A stretch of 64,000 nt of DNA from a virus (IMGVR_UViG_3300031992_000039:47328-111327), one strand, 5' to 3'. Shown: positions 16,468 to 27,320, numbered from the stretch's first letter. Numbers and translations: made by a program. The notes: generated by a model from the sequence alone, not told the origin.

Positions 16468-18778
16468 AGATAGCTTCCTTCAGTTTAGTGGCGCGGTTCT
16501 TCAAAGTCGTGCCCTTTCTGATGTGCGCGATAACTTTAAGCCGTCTGCGCGCCAGATCTTTTACTGTATGTATACGGATAAGTTTATCCATTCAAAACCG
16601 TTTCAGAAAACTCTAAAGTCGATTGGCTCTGCTTTCCGTATGTATATACACGGTGATGCAAGTGCCGAAGGCGTCATAATGCGCGCGGGACAGCCGTTTG
16701 CGATGAGATACCCGCTTGTAGAAGTAGAAGGTTCATATGGTACCCTTCTCTCAAGTGGAAGCTGGGCAGCACCCAGGTATACGGGAGCCCGTCTGAGTAA
16801 ACTTGCGTCATATATTTTTGCTGATTTGGATAAAGATGTAATAGATGAATGGCGCGACAACTATGATAATACTGAACAGTATCCGATGGTTTTGCCGTCA
16901 AAGGGTTTTTATAACCTTGTAAATGGTAATTTTGGCCTTGGCGTGGGCGCGAGCAGCTCAATTCCCCAATATAATCTGCGCGAACTCAATAACGTGCTTA
17001 TTACTCTTATTCAAAATCCTAACTGTACTTTTGATGAGATTTATTGTGAGCCTGATTTTGCAACAGGTGCGACCATAATAAATAAAAATGAAGTAAAAGA
17101 ATCTCACCGAAAGGGAAATGGATTTGCTTGTAAGATACGATCTACTGTAGAGTGGGAGCCTAAAGAGCGCTGTTTTATCGTTACTGAAATTCCTTATATG
17201 GTTTATACTGAAACAATTTGTAAGGAATTGGAAGAAATTATAACGGGCGAGGATAATCCCGGAATAGATAGGTTTAATGATTTAACTGGTGAAAAACCAA
17301 ATCTTAAAATTTATCTTTCAAAGAAAGCAAATCCCGATAAAGTTCTTAAATATCTTTATAAAAATACTTCTCTCCAATCCTATTATGGCATAAACTTTAC
17401 AATGCTTGATAATGGGCGCTACCCTCGCGTATTTGGGTGGAAGGAAATGCTTCAGGCTCATATAGATCATGAAAAGATTGTTTATCGTCGCGGCTTTGAG
17501 TTTGATTTGCGTAAGATACTCGCGCGCATCCATATAATTGAGGGCCTCTTAAAAGCATATGACGCAATTGACGATGTAATCCATACAATTAAATCTTCTA
17601 CTTCAACGGCGGATGCCTCACTTAGATTGCGCGAACTATTACAAATTGACGAAGCGCAATCAAAAGCAATTTTAGACTTAAAGCTTTCAAAACTTTCAAA
17701 ACTTGATATAACAAAACTAAAAGACGAAAAAATTTCGCTTGAAGTTGAAGGAATGAGAATAAATAAAATTCTTCATGATGAAACCCTTCTTAATAATGAA
17801 CTTATAAGTGGTTGGCGCAAAGTCGCGGATGAATTTGGCGATGAGCGGCGCACTAAAGTTATCCAACTTTCTGAAGGAGAAAACAACGAACCAATCGAAC
17901 AGAAACAGCTCTCAATCTCTTTTACAAATAAAGATTCTATATTTGTTTCGGAGACTTCAACTCTTTATGCTCAGCGGCGCAATGGTACCGGCGCGAAATT
18001 TAAACTCGATAAAGAAGAATATATTATAGATACCCTTATTGGTTCTAATACTGATACAATTCTTTTCTTTACTTCCCACGGAAACTTCTACCATTCCAAA
18101 CTTGGAGATTTTTCTATAGGAGAAAAGCAATATCTTTCAAATTTAAGTTTACTTCCTTACGAGCATATAGTCGCCGCGGCGGTCCTCACAAGTAACCATC
18201 CGCGTCATATAATCTTTATAACTAAAAATGGAATTCTAAAAAAGTCAGAGTTGTCTGAATATAACCTAAAGCGCAATACTGGTGCAACTGCGATAAACTT
18301 AGATAAGGGCGATCAAATCGTTTCTATAATGTTTGTAAATGAAGAACAGATTGGTATTGCAACTCGTGCCAGTCGTTTCATTCGAATTTCCACGAAGGAT
18401 ATTCGCGCAATTGGAAGGGTCGCACGCGGAGTGTGCGGGATAAAACTTAATGATGGAGATGAAGTAGTAAGCGCGAAAGTAATTTCGGCTTCAACGACTT
18501 CAATCGTTTCTATTTCTCTTGATGGTTATATTAAACAAACTCCTATTTCTGAGTTTAATCTAACTGGTCGTGCAACAAAAGGCTCAAAGATCCAATCTAC
18601 AAATTCTTTTTGTGATTTCTTACCTTTAACTTCCAACGATGATGTACTTGTTGTATCTTCAACTTCCCAGCTTAGACTACGCGCGAGTGATGTTCCAGTA
18701 TTATCTCGAGGCGCTCAAGGAGTAAAATCCATAAAACTTCTTGAAAATTCAAAAATTATAAAATTAACTCAGCTTTAA
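16439..18778 (+). CDS. gyrA: DNA gyrase subunit A
   Basis: RALSDVRDNFKP, HGDAS, AAPRYT catalytic Tyr, GyrA-box-like QRRNGTG, beta-pinwheel repeats; start at ATG 16439 after AAGGAG. Confidence 0.93.
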   Translation: MEQNLTPIIKDSFLQFSGAVLQSRALSDVRDNFKPSARQIFYCMYTDKFIHSKPFQKTLKSIGSAFRMYIHGDASAEGVIMRAGQPFAMRYPLVEVEGSYGTLLSSGSWAAPRYTGARLSKLASYIFADLDKDVIDEWRDNYDNTEQYPMVLPSKGFYNLVNGNFGLGVGASSSIPQYNLRELNNVLITLIQNPNCTFDEIYCEPDFATGATIINKNEVKESHRKGNGFACKIRSTVEWEPKERCFIVTEIPYMVYTETICKELEEIITGEDNPGIDRFNDLTGEKPNLKIYLSKKANPDKVLKYLYKNTSLQSYYGINFTMLDNGRYPRVFGWKEMLQAHIDHEKIVYRRGFEFDLRKILARIHIIEGLLKAYDAIDDVIHTIKSSTSTADASLRLRELLQIDEAQSKAILDLKLSKLSKLDITKLKDEKISLEVEGMRINKILHDETLLNNELISGWRKVADEFGDERRTKVIQLSEGENNEPIEQKQLSISFTNKDSIFVSETSTLYAQRRNGTGAKFKLDKEEYIIDTLIGSNTDTILFFTSHGNFYHSKLGDFSIGEKQYLSNLSLLPYEHIVAAAVLTSNHPRHIIFITKNGILKKSELSEYNLKRNTGATAINLDKGDQIVSIMFVNEEQIGIATRASRFIRISTKDIRAIGRVARGVCGIKLNDGDEVVSAKVISASTTSIVSISLDGYIKQTPISEFNLTGRATKGSKIQSTNSFCDFLPLTSNDDVLVVSSTSQLRLRASDVPVLSRGAQGVKSIKLLENSKIIKLTQL

Positions 18779-18781
18779 AAT

Positions 18782-18810
18782 TTGAGAATTCAATTTAATT
18801 TTGATATAAT
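18782..18810 (+). promoter_or_regulatory. sigmaA-type promoter
   Basis: TTGAGA-N17-TATAAT with TG extension. Confidence 0.7.
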
Positions 18811-18912
18811 ATTTACAGAAAGTTAAAGATGACTTTCAAGGTTGGCCGCCCAACTTCAAAAAACAAACTATAAAATAACTAATAAAAGGCGGATAAAAAG
18901 GAGAAAAAAATT

Positions 18913-19164
18913 ATGACACTCACCGAGAAGACTCAGGAAGCTTTTGATTTCATTAAGAACCACGGCGGCAGCTGTAAGACCTCTGATATTCAGAATGGTC
19001 TTGGCCTTGAGAAGATTGCCTCTGTAACTGGCCGTATTAACAGTCTTGTTAAGAAGGGCCTTGCTGTTACTGAGGATGGTGGCAAGACCGAGGACGGTCA
19101 TAAGATCACTATTGTTACCCTTACTGAGGAAGGCATGAATTTTGTACCCTCTGAAGAGGAGTAA
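18913..19164 (+). CDS. winged-helix DNA-binding protein
   Basis: SVTGRINSLVKKGLAV...LTEEG wHTH pattern. Confidence 0.75.
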   Translation: MTLTEKTQEAFDFIKNHGGSCKTSDIQNGLGLEKIASVTGRINSLVKKGLAVTEDGGKTEDGHKITIVTLTEEGMNFVPSEEE

Positions 19165-19169
19165 ACCCT

Positions 19170-19190
19170 AAGCCCGAAAGGGCTTTTATT
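19170..19190 (+). terminator. intrinsic terminator
   Basis: AAGCCC GAAA GGGCTT TTATT. Confidence 0.7.
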
Positions 19191-19240
19191 CCCTCAAAGT
19201 AAAAGTAAAAATTAAAAATAAAAGGAGAAAAATAAATAAA

Positions 19241-20173
19241 ATGAATTTTAGACAGGCAGAAAATAGAGTAAGGATTGAGGGTATTCTTTCAGAAGTTGAT
19301 CTTAAATATAATTCTTTTATGAAGAATGGGGAGGAAGTCCAGTCCATTGGTGGAAACATTAAGGTGCTCGTGGAGCAGGAAATTAATGGTGTTCCGACAA
19401 GGCTTGAAATCCCCGTTTATATGTTCTCTAGTAAGTATACGAGGGCTGGTAAGATTAATCCTTCTTATGAATCTATTGAGAAGGTTATGAAGGAATTCGT
19501 ATCTATCGCTGCGGCCGGTAGCGCGGCCAATGCAGACAGGATTCGCATTACTAATGCTCAGATTCGCATGAATGAGTTCTATGGGCAAAAGGGTAATATC
19601 GTATCACAGCCCCGTGTTAACGCTTCTTTTGTATCTCATGTAGTTGGTGATTTTAAGCCCGAAGCAAGTTTTAATCTTGAGTTTATGGTTTCAAGTCTTA
19701 ACCCTGTTGTGGATGCGGATGGTGTTGAGGTTGATCCTCGTAAGATCGCTGTAAATGTAATTGTCCCGCAGTATACTCCCGATAGCGCTAGTGCAATGAA
19801 TGTAGACCTTATGACTCTTTATGCTGTATCCCCCGGTGTTATCGATGCAATTGAGAATTATTGGGAAGCTGGTAGTTGTTATAAGGCAAGCGGCCGTTTA
19901 AATTTCTCTTCTCGAACGGAAGAGGTTCTTGAAGAGGTTGATTTTGGTGAGCCTAGGCGCACGACCCGTACCGTTAATGTAAGTGAGCTTATTGTAACTG
20001 GTGGCTCGCAGGCTCCTCTTGAAGGTGATTTTGCATTCGATGTTGAAGACATTAAGGCTGGTATGGCCGCGCGCAAGCAGCGTTTGGATGATATGAAGAC
20101 TGGAAAGAACAACCAGGCCAAGAAGGCGCCGGCGCCCACTTCTACGAAGGGTAAGGTTGACCTCGGATTTTAA
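19241..20173 (+). CDS. putative single-stranded DNA-binding protein
   Basis: N.V.IEG.L OB-fold-like start, flexible tail ending DLGF, next to Sak4-like ATPase. Confidence 0.6.
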   Translation: MNFRQAENRVRIEGILSEVDLKYNSFMKNGEEVQSIGGNIKVLVEQEINGVPTRLEIPVYMFSSKYTRAGKINPSYESIEKVMKEFVSIAAAGSAANADRIRITNAQIRMNEFYGQKGNIVSQPRVNASFVSHVVGDFKPEASFNLEFMVSSLNPVVDADGVEVDPRKIAVNVIVPQYTPDSASAMNVDLMTLYAVSPGVIDAIENYWEAGSCYKASGRLNFSSRTEEVLEEVDFGEPRRTTRTVNVSELIVTGGSQAPLEGDFAFDVEDIKAGMAARKQRLDDMKTGKNNQAKKAPAPTSTKGKVDLGF

Positions 20174-20185
20174 GAGGTAAACTAA

Positions 20186-21157
20186 ATGGCGATTGATATA
20201 TTAAATATTCAGCCAAGTGTAATTTCAAGGGATTTAAGGGGCAAGTATGTACTTCTGTATGGCAAGCCTAAAAGTGGAAAAACAACCGCTGCTTGCTCTT
20301 TTCCCAAATCGCTTCTTATTGCTTTTGAGCGAGGATATAATGCAATAGGTGGTGTTCGCGCTGCGGACATAACTAAGTGGAGTGATTTTAAAGGGGTATT
20401 ACGTCAGCTCGAAAAGCCAGAGGCGCGGGAGCTTTATGAAACTATAATAATTGATACTATTTCAATTGCTTGGGATTATTGCGAACAATATATTTGTTCT
20501 CAAAATAGTGTCCAGCGTATAGCTGATATACCGTGGGGTGGCGGATATTCTGCAGCAAAGAAAGAATTTGAGGGTGCTCTGCGAAAGATTACTATGCTAG
20601 GTTATGGTCTAGTTCTTATCGCGCATGAAGCAACTCGGATTCAAAAGGATGCGGAAGGTAATGAGACAGAGATTATTTCTCCTGAAATGCCTAAGCGTGC
20701 TGCAGAAATCTGTAATGGACTCGTTGATATAATTGGCTTTATCGGCGGCGAATATGATGAGAATAAAAATTATATTCGATACCTCTATACGCGTGAAACT
20801 CCCACTTTATTTGCAGGGTCTAGATTTAAATACCTCGCGCCAAAGATTAAGTTTGGATATGATGAACTTGTAAATGCCATTGCAGATGCTATAAATATGG
20901 CTGAAAAGAATGATGGCGTAAAGGTTGTAGAAAGCGCGCCACTCGTTAATATTGAAACAAAGCTTAATTTTAATGATGTGCGCGCAGAAGCACAGGAACT
21001 TTGGACAAAACTCGTAGGCCAGAACGAGGAAAATGCCTCTATAATCTTAAAGAAAATTGAGATGATTATGGGGCATCGTATGAAGCTGTCGGAGTTTTCA
21101 GAGGATCAGGTAGATCTGTTATTTTTATGCGTTCAAGAAATGCGAGATATGATTTAA
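20186..21157 (+). CDS. AAA_24 / Sak4-like recombination ATPase
   Basis: YGKPKSGKTT, IIIDT, LIAHE. Confidence 0.8.
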   Translation: MAIDILNIQPSVISRDLRGKYVLLYGKPKSGKTTAACSFPKSLLIAFERGYNAIGGVRAADITKWSDFKGVLRQLEKPEARELYETIIIDTISIAWDYCEQYICSQNSVQRIADIPWGGGYSAAKKEFEGALRKITMLGYGLVLIAHEATRIQKDAEGNETEIISPEMPKRAAEICNGLVDIIGFIGGEYDENKNYIRYLYTRETPTLFAGSRFKYLAPKIKFGYDELVNAIADAINMAEKNDGVKVVESAPLVNIETKLNFNDVRAEAQELWTKLVGQNEENASIILKKIEMIMGHRMKLSEFSEDQVDLLFLCVQEMRDMI

Positions 21158-21167
21158 TTAAATAGAT

Positions 21168-21197
21168 TAAAAAGAGGGTAGAAATACCCTCTTTTAA
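21168..21197 (+). terminator. intrinsic terminator
   Basis: AAAAGAGGGTA GAAA TACCCTCTTTT. Confidence 0.75.
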
Positions 21198-21198
21198 T

Positions 21199-21227
21199 TT
21201 GACTTTTTTTAAAAATTATAGTATAAT
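21199..21227 (+). promoter_or_regulatory. sigmaA-type promoter
   Basis: TTGACT-N17-TATAAT. Confidence 0.7.
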
Positions 21228-21259
21228 TTATATAGAGAAAATATAAAGGAGTGATATGA

Positions 21260-21793
21260 TTGGCTCATATAATCCAATGTAGAATTTGTAAAACTCGTTT
21301 CGATACAGAAAAGGAGGAATATGTCTTGGTTGGCCAGCGCTCATACTACCATCGGAAATGTTATGAAGACTGGGTGCGCGGGCGCAATGACGCAAAGACA
21401 AGTGGTGATGAAGAGTTCTGGCATGAAAGTGTAGTTGATTATTTATATCGTGATATAAAAATGTCTATTGATTTTGTAAAGCTAGATAGTCAATGGAAAA
21501 ATTTTATAAAGCCAGAAAAGAAAATGACTCCAAAAGGTATCTACTTCGCACTTCGATATTATTATGATGTAACTCATGGTGATAAAGAGAAGGCGCTTGG
21601 TGGCATAGGAATAGTTCCCAATATTTATAAGGAGTCGGCGCAGTATTGGGAGAATCTTGAAATGAGAAAGACTGGTACAATTGATGCAATTGTGGCGCAA
21701 ATAAAAGAGCGAAAAAATCGTCCGATTCAAATTGTAAATCGAAAGAAAGAAGAAAAGAAAGACAAGTCTAAATTTAGTTTAGATGATATTTGA
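21260..21793 (+). CDS. Zn-finger protein upstream of the helicase
   Basis: CRIC...HRKC. Confidence 0.6.
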   Translation: MAHIIQCRICKTRFDTEKEEYVLVGQRSYYHRKCYEDWVRGRNDAKTSGDEEFWHESVVDYLYRDIKMSIDFVKLDSQWKNFIKPEKKMTPKGIYFALRYYYDVTHGDKEKALGGIGIVPNIYKESAQYWENLEMRKTGTIDAIVAQIKERKNRPIQIVNRKKEEKKDKSKFSLDDI

Positions 21794-21802
21794 GGGATCT
21801 AA

Positions 21803-23359
21803 ATGGTTGATAGGAATACAGTTCTTCAAATTTTTGGAAGCCTGATGCATCATCCGCAGTACCTAAGTGAGTCAGATAAATATAATCTTACTCCAAATGA
21901 TTTCTATCTTCGATTTGATAAATATATATTTACTGCAATAGATAGTTTATATAGGAATGGCGCAGAACATATTCAGCCCATTGATGTAGAGAATTTTTTA
22001 TCTACAAATAATAGCGCAAAATTGATCTTCGCGCAGCAAAATGGAATTGAGTATCTTCAAGATGCAGAATATCTTTCGGACTATCAAAATTTTCCTTATT
22101 ATTATAAAAAACTTAAAAAGTTTAATTTATTAGAATCTTTTAAGGATAAAGGGTTTGATGTAAAAGAGTGGTATGTAGAAGATGCAATTACTCCAGAAGC
22201 ATTAAAAGTGAATGAAAGATTTGAAAGTTTAGAGATTGAGGATATACTTGAAGGTATAAAGAAAAAACTTTTAGGTATAGAGCGCGAATTTATCCAAAAT
22301 GATACTACTGAAACAGTAAATGTATTTAATGGAATTAAAGATATAATTGAAGAGGCGGAAGATAGAATTGATGTAGGCGCGCCTCTCCAAGGAGAAATAT
22401 TTAACGAAGTATGCGCCGGCGCGAGGAAGGGAATTTTTATATTAAGATCTGCAGCGAGCGGGACGGGGAAAACTCGCCAAGCAGTGGGAGACGCTTGTTA
22501 TCTTGCCTTTCCATTTAGGTATAGCGAAAAAGAAGATAAATGGGTTCAGGAAGGTAGCGGAGAAAAAGTTTTGTTTATTGCAACAGAGCAAAATGCGAAA
22601 GAAATCCAAAAGATGATCCTCGCATATTTAACTGGCTTTAATGAAACAAAATTTCGATATGGAGGATTTACAGAAAAAGAACAAGATATAATTCGCCAAG
22701 CTTTATGGGTTCTTGAACAGTATCAAGATAATTTTTATATCGTAAGAATGCCTAATCCTACAATTGAACTGGTAAAAACAATTGTAAGAGAAAATGTATT
22801 GATGCATGATATAGAATATGTATTTTATGATTATATACACATATCTCCTTCGTTACTAAATGAATTTAAAGGTTTTGGGCTTCGTAATGATGAGACCCTA
22901 CTCCTTTTCTCCACCGCATTAAAGGATCTTGCAGTTGAACTTAATATATTCGTAATGAGTTCGACCCAATTAAATGCGAAAGGCGATGATAACTCTAATA
23001 TAAGAAATGAAAGCTCTATTGCCGGATCACGTGCGATTATAAATAAGGCAGACATCGGATGTATAATGGCTCGTCCAACAAAAGAGGAGTTAGAATTTTT
23101 AAGAACAGAAGGCGGCGTATCCTTCGCTCCAACAATGGTTATGGATATATATAAGGTTCGTAGTGGCGAGTGGAATCAAGTTAGAATTTGGAGCGACGTA
23201 AATCTTGGAAATTTAAGAAAAAAAGATTTATTTGTTACAAATTCTCGAATGGAAGTTTTGAATGTGGGAACCCAATTTAATTATGAGGTTAGTTGGGAAG
23301 ATAATGCAGTTATAGATTATGTTGCTCAATTAGAAAGGATTAATAATTTAGATATATGA
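21803..23359 (+). CDS. dnaB: replicative DnaB-like helicase
   Basis: SAASGTGKT, FYDYIH, STQLN, GSRAIINKAD, KVR. Confidence 0.88.
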   Translation: MVDRNTVLQIFGSLMHHPQYLSESDKYNLTPNDFYLRFDKYIFTAIDSLYRNGAEHIQPIDVENFLSTNNSAKLIFAQQNGIEYLQDAEYLSDYQNFPYYYKKLKKFNLLESFKDKGFDVKEWYVEDAITPEALKVNERFESLEIEDILEGIKKKLLGIEREFIQNDTTETVNVFNGIKDIIEEAEDRIDVGAPLQGEIFNEVCAGARKGIFILRSAASGTGKTRQAVGDACYLAFPFRYSEKEDKWVQEGSGEKVLFIATEQNAKEIQKMILAYLTGFNETKFRYGGFTEKEQDIIRQALWVLEQYQDNFYIVRMPNPTIELVKTIVRENVLMHDIEYVFYDYIHISPSLLNEFKGFGLRNDETLLLFSTALKDLAVELNIFVMSSTQLNAKGDDNSNIRNESSIAGSRAIINKADIGCIMARPTKEELEFLRTEGGVSFAPTMVMDIYKVRSGEWNQVRIWSDVNLGNLRKKDLFVTNSRMEVLNVGTQFNYEVSWEDNAVIDYVAQLERINNLDI

Positions 23360-24396
23360 ACTATCAAGAAACAATTGAGAATTTAAGAGATGAAGATATA
23401 TTTAGATTATTGGAACAGTTGGGCGCGCAGCCGATAGATAAGGGTAATTGTTTTATATGCAAAACAATTTGTCATAATGAAGATGCAGATGAGGCGTCTC
23501 AAAAACTTTACTATTATAAAGATACACATTTATTCTATTGCTATACAGAATGCGGCGGACAAAGTATATTTAAGTTTTTAAGAAATTATTATGAAACTCG
23601 AAACATATCATATGACTGGTATACAGATATATATGAAGTTATTTTAAATTGCTCTGTTTCTGCTTTGACTGCGCCGGACACATATAGAAGTATTAAATCT
23701 GATTATACCGCGCGCAAAGTACGCAAAGAACTCCCAACATATCCAACTGGATTGTTAGATACTTTTATTCATTATTACCCGATTGAATGGATTCAAGACC
23801 ATATAACTCCAGATGTAATGGAGAAATATAATATAAGATACTCGATTTCGCAGAATAAGATTATAATTCCTCATTATAACGCGGAGGGCGGTCTTGTTGG
23901 AATTAGGGGTCGCGCGCTCAATAAACAAGATATTGAAGCCTTTGGAAAATATATGCCAGTTCAAATTGAAGGAAAATGGTATAGCCACCCACTTAGCTTA
24001 AACTTGTATGGATTGAATTGGAATAAAGATAATATAAGGAATAGCAGAAATTGTTTTATCTTTGAATCTGAAAAGTCCGTTATGCAGGTAGAGTCTTTTG
24101 ATGGACGAAATTGCGCCGTAGCTTGCTGTGGCAGTAACATAAATAAGTATCAAATTGACCTGCTAATGCGATATTGCGCACCAAGAGAAATTGTAGTATG
24201 TTTTGATAATGAAGAAAAAGAAGGCGAGAATAAATATTTCCAAAAGCTTTGGAATATGTGTAGTAAATATAAGAACTATTGTTCAATGAGCTTTATATAT
24301 GATAGGCAAGGCTTAAGTAAATCGAAGGACTCTCCAAGTGATAATGGAGAAGAAATATTTGCAAAATTATTAAAGGAGAGGGTAAAAGTTAAATGA
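23356..24396 (+). CDS. dnaG: DNA primase
   Basis: CH...C...C zinc domain, IIIPH...VGIRGR, FESEKS, CFD TOPRIM. Confidence 0.85.
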   Translation: MNYQETIENLRDEDIFRLLEQLGAQPIDKGNCFICKTICHNEDADEASQKLYYYKDTHLFYCYTECGGQSIFKFLRNYYETRNISYDWYTDIYEVILNCSVSALTAPDTYRSIKSDYTARKVRKELPTYPTGLLDTFIHYYPIEWIQDHITPDVMEKYNIRYSISQNKIIIPHYNAEGGLVGIRGRALNKQDIEAFGKYMPVQIEGKWYSHPLSLNLYGLNWNKDNIRNSRNCFIFESEKSVMQVESFDGRNCAVACCGSNINKYQIDLLMRYCAPREIVVCFDNEEKEGENKYFQKLWNMCSKYKNYCSMSFIYDRQGLSKSKDSPSDNGEEIFAKLLKERVKVK

Positions 24397-24740
24397 GTAC
24401 TATAGAAAACGCTTTAATTAAATCAGTTGATTTATCAATGGAAGACCACGGTATTTTGGTACTAAGAATGGAATTAGAAGGTAATCATTGGGGCGTTAAT
24501 TATGGAAATAGATGTTTGGGTAAGGGTTATCTCGGTGCGAATGAATTTGTTGGATACGCTAAAGGAATTGAAGAAATTATGAGAATTATGGATACAGTTG
24601 GAGTTAGTCGTTTTAATGATTTAGAGGGAAAATATATAAGAGTAGAAATGGATAGATTTTGCGATCCAATTACAAAAATAGGTAATATTATAAAAGATAA
24701 ATGGTTTGATTATAAAGAATTTTATAAGGATGTGGAATGA
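24393..24740 (+). CDS. hypothetical protein
   Basis: 115 aa, ATGA-coupled. Confidence 0.65.
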   Translation: MSTIENALIKSVDLSMEDHGILVLRMELEGNHWGVNYGNRCLGKGYLGANEFVGYAKGIEEIMRIMDTVGVSRFNDLEGKYIRVEMDRFCDPITKIGNIIKDKWFDYKEFYKDVE

Positions 24741-24741
24741 A

Positions 24742-24942
24742 ATGATTATAGAAAAAACATACAAATTTAGTTATAAAGCCTCAAAAGATATAGACGAACT
24801 TATTGAGGTATTGGCTTCTGATGTAAGAGATGGATATACTACAAAAGAGCTTCGGCGGCTAAATGATACTCTTGATATAGGTACGATTTCAAAGCCTGAT
24901 TATGAAGTTGTGATGATAAAGAAATATATGGTGAAACAATGA
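24742..24942 (+). CDS. hypothetical protein
   Basis: Fills the gap, ATGA-coupled to recJ. Confidence 0.5.
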   Translation: MIIEKTYKFSYKASKDIDELIEVLASDVRDGYTTKELRRLNDTLDIGTISKPDYEVVMIKKYMVKQ

Positions 24943-26690
24943 AAGTAAAACTTATAGGTGAAAATTACAATCAAGATTATGTAAGAAATTTACTTCGCGC
25001 GCGAGGTATACAAGATATAAATAAGTTTTTAAACCCAGATGAATCTTGTTTGCAGGATTGGCGCGATCTAGAAAATATAGAGAAAGGATTAGATTTGATC
25101 CATTTGGCAACTGGCGCGCGAGTTGGTCTTGTTGTAGATTGCGATATAGATGGGTTTTCAAGCGCGGCAATCATATATCAATATTTAAAGCGTCTTACGC
25201 CATATATCGAAATCAAATACTATATTCATAGCGGAAAAGCCCATGGTCTTGAGGAGCACTGGGAAGAAATTCGTGATGAAAACTTTAATCTTGTAATAAT
25301 TCCAGATGCAGGTAGCAACGATTCTCAATATGCAGAGCAGTTAAATTGCCCTGTTCTTGTTATTGACCACCACTTAGTAGAAGATACTAATTTTGCATCA
25401 AATATGGTAGTAATTAACAACCAGCTTTCGCTGAAATATCGTAATAAAGACTTATCTGGCGCGGGAATGGCATATCAGTTCTGTCGTGCAATGGATTATT
25501 ATTTTTGGGATAGGCCTCATTGGGCAGATGACTACATTGACCTTGCGGCGCTCGGCATCTGCGGTGATATGATGAGCGGTCTTGAAATTGAAAACCAATA
25601 TTTCTGGAAGAAAGGATTTTCTCGTATTCAAAACTACTTTTTCCTTACGCTCGCGCGCAAGCAAGCCTATTCTATAACTGGAAAGATGGGCACCACAGAT
25701 CAGGACATTATAAATGCATTGAATCCTACATCTGTAGCTTTTTATATTGTACCCCTCGTAAATGCAATGGTGCGAGTCGGCACTCAAGAGGAAAAGGAAC
25801 GAATGTTCTTGGCATTTATAGATGGGCATAAGATGGTTCCTTCGCAAAAGCGTGGTGCAAAAGGTACGCTTGAAGAAGTTGCAGTTGAGTCCACGAGAGA
25901 ATGTGTAAATGCACGAACTCATCAAAACAAATTTAAGGATGAAGCAGTCGCGCGCCTTGAACAAAAAATTTTTAAGTATGATCTTTTAGAGAATAAAATT
26001 CTTTTTGTAAGACTTGATGAAAATGATAAGTTTCCAAGCGAACTTAATGGGCTTGTGGCGACTCAGCTATCTCAAGAGTATAAGCGCCCAACTATTGTTG
26101 CAAGACTTAATGACGAAGGATTTGTAAGAGGCTCAATTCGCGGCCTTTCAAATTCAGAACTTTCATCTTTTAAGGGCTATCTTGATTCTACCGGCCTATG
26201 TGAATATGTTCAGGGCCATGATAATGCAGCAGGAATATCAATCTGTAATAAAAATTTAAGCGAGCTTCATAGGCGCGCGAATAAAGACCTCGCACGGTAT
26301 AATTTTGGTGATGACTATTATGAGGTTGATTTTGAACGCCAGGCCATGAAGGAAGACCTTGAAGCCTTAATTATAGATATAAGTAATTATAAGAGTATTT
26401 GGAGTCAACAAAATTCAGAACCATTAATTTATATAAAAGACCTTCATTTTTCTAAGTCTGATATACAAAGAATGGGAAAGAATAAAGATACAATTAAAAT
26501 AGTTAAAAATGGAATTGCATATATGAAATTCTTTGCAAAAGATATGATTGAAGAATTAGATGGCGCCGGTGACGAAATTAAAATGGAAATTGTAGGTAAG
26601 GCAAATTTAAATACCTGGATGGGACAAGTAACACCTCAAATTTTCATCGAGAATTATGAGATTAAAAAGGATTCGATTTTGGAGTTTTAA
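24939..26690 (+). CDS. recJ: RecJ-like ssDNA exonuclease (DHH family)
   Basis: DCDIDG, PDAG, IDHH, SGAG, GSIR, GHDNAAG. Confidence 0.92.
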   Translation: MKVKLIGENYNQDYVRNLLRARGIQDINKFLNPDESCLQDWRDLENIEKGLDLIHLATGARVGLVVDCDIDGFSSAAIIYQYLKRLTPYIEIKYYIHSGKAHGLEEHWEEIRDENFNLVIIPDAGSNDSQYAEQLNCPVLVIDHHLVEDTNFASNMVVINNQLSLKYRNKDLSGAGMAYQFCRAMDYYFWDRPHWADDYIDLAALGICGDMMSGLEIENQYFWKKGFSRIQNYFFLTLARKQAYSITGKMGTTDQDIINALNPTSVAFYIVPLVNAMVRVGTQEEKERMFLAFIDGHKMVPSQKRGAKGTLEEVAVESTRECVNARTHQNKFKDEAVARLEQKIFKYDLLENKILFVRLDENDKFPSELNGLVATQLSQEYKRPTIVARLNDEGFVRGSIRGLSNSELSSFKGYLDSTGLCEYVQGHDNAAGISICNKNLSELHRRANKDLARYNFGDDYYEVDFERQAMKEDLEALIIDISNYKSIWSQQNSEPLIYIKDLHFSKSDIQRMGKNKDTIKIVKNGIAYMKFFAKDMIEELDGAGDEIKMEIVGKANLNTWMGQVTPQIFIENYEIKKDSILEF

Positions 26691-27113
26691 ATGACAATAG
26701 AAGAATTAGTTAAAAAATATAATTATAAAAAATTACCTAAAGATTTATCAGAAGTACAAAAAGCGCAATACTTAGCCGATCTTCCTTCTTATTTAAATGT
26801 CAATGGAGATTTAAATTGTAAGATATATTATAAAAATTTCCTTGTAAGCCATGGCTATAGCCGTATTGTTATTGGAGATTACGGTGCGTATATAGAGATT
26901 CCTCCTAATTTAATGGCTAGGGAAAATATAAAAATTAAACCCGGACAGGAATATCGCTTTGAAGAGAGATATAAAGCAGTTAAATATCATTGGTATTGTC
27001 TTAAAGAAGCGGAAGAATTTAAAATTTATTATCAAAAAAATACAGTAAAGTATGCTGATTATTTACCAGAGATGTGTTATATTTCTCCGTATGGGTTAGA
27101 AATAATAAAATAA
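26691..27113 (+). CDS. hypothetical protein
   Basis: 140 aa directly after recJ; RIVIGDYGAYIE. Confidence 0.65.
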   Translation: MTIEELVKKYNYKKLPKDLSEVQKAQYLADLPSYLNVNGDLNCKIYYKNFLVSHGYSRIVIGDYGAYIEIPPNLMARENIKIKPGQEYRFEERYKAVKYHWYCLKEAEEFKIYYQKNTVKYADYLPEMCYISPYGLEIIK

Positions 27114-27118
27114 AAATA

Positions 27119-27319
27119 ATGGATAGATTATCTAAAATATTACAAATTTTAAATAAATATATGGAAGATTATCAAAAACAGTGGCCTATTGAGGCAGAAC
27201 ATGATATAATATGGTTCAATATAGATTATGAATTAGTCTCAGAAGAAGATATGGAAGTTCTAAAAGAATTGGGTGTATTTTTTGATGAGGATTGCGATTC
27301 ATTAGCCTTATTTACTTAA
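27119..27319 (+). CDS. small acidic hypothetical protein
   Basis: AEHDIIW...LKELGVFFD. Confidence 0.55.
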   Translation: MDRLSKILQILNKYMEDYQKQWPIEAEHDIIWFNIDYELVSEEDMEVLKELGVFFDEDCDSLALFT

Positions 27320-27320
27320 T

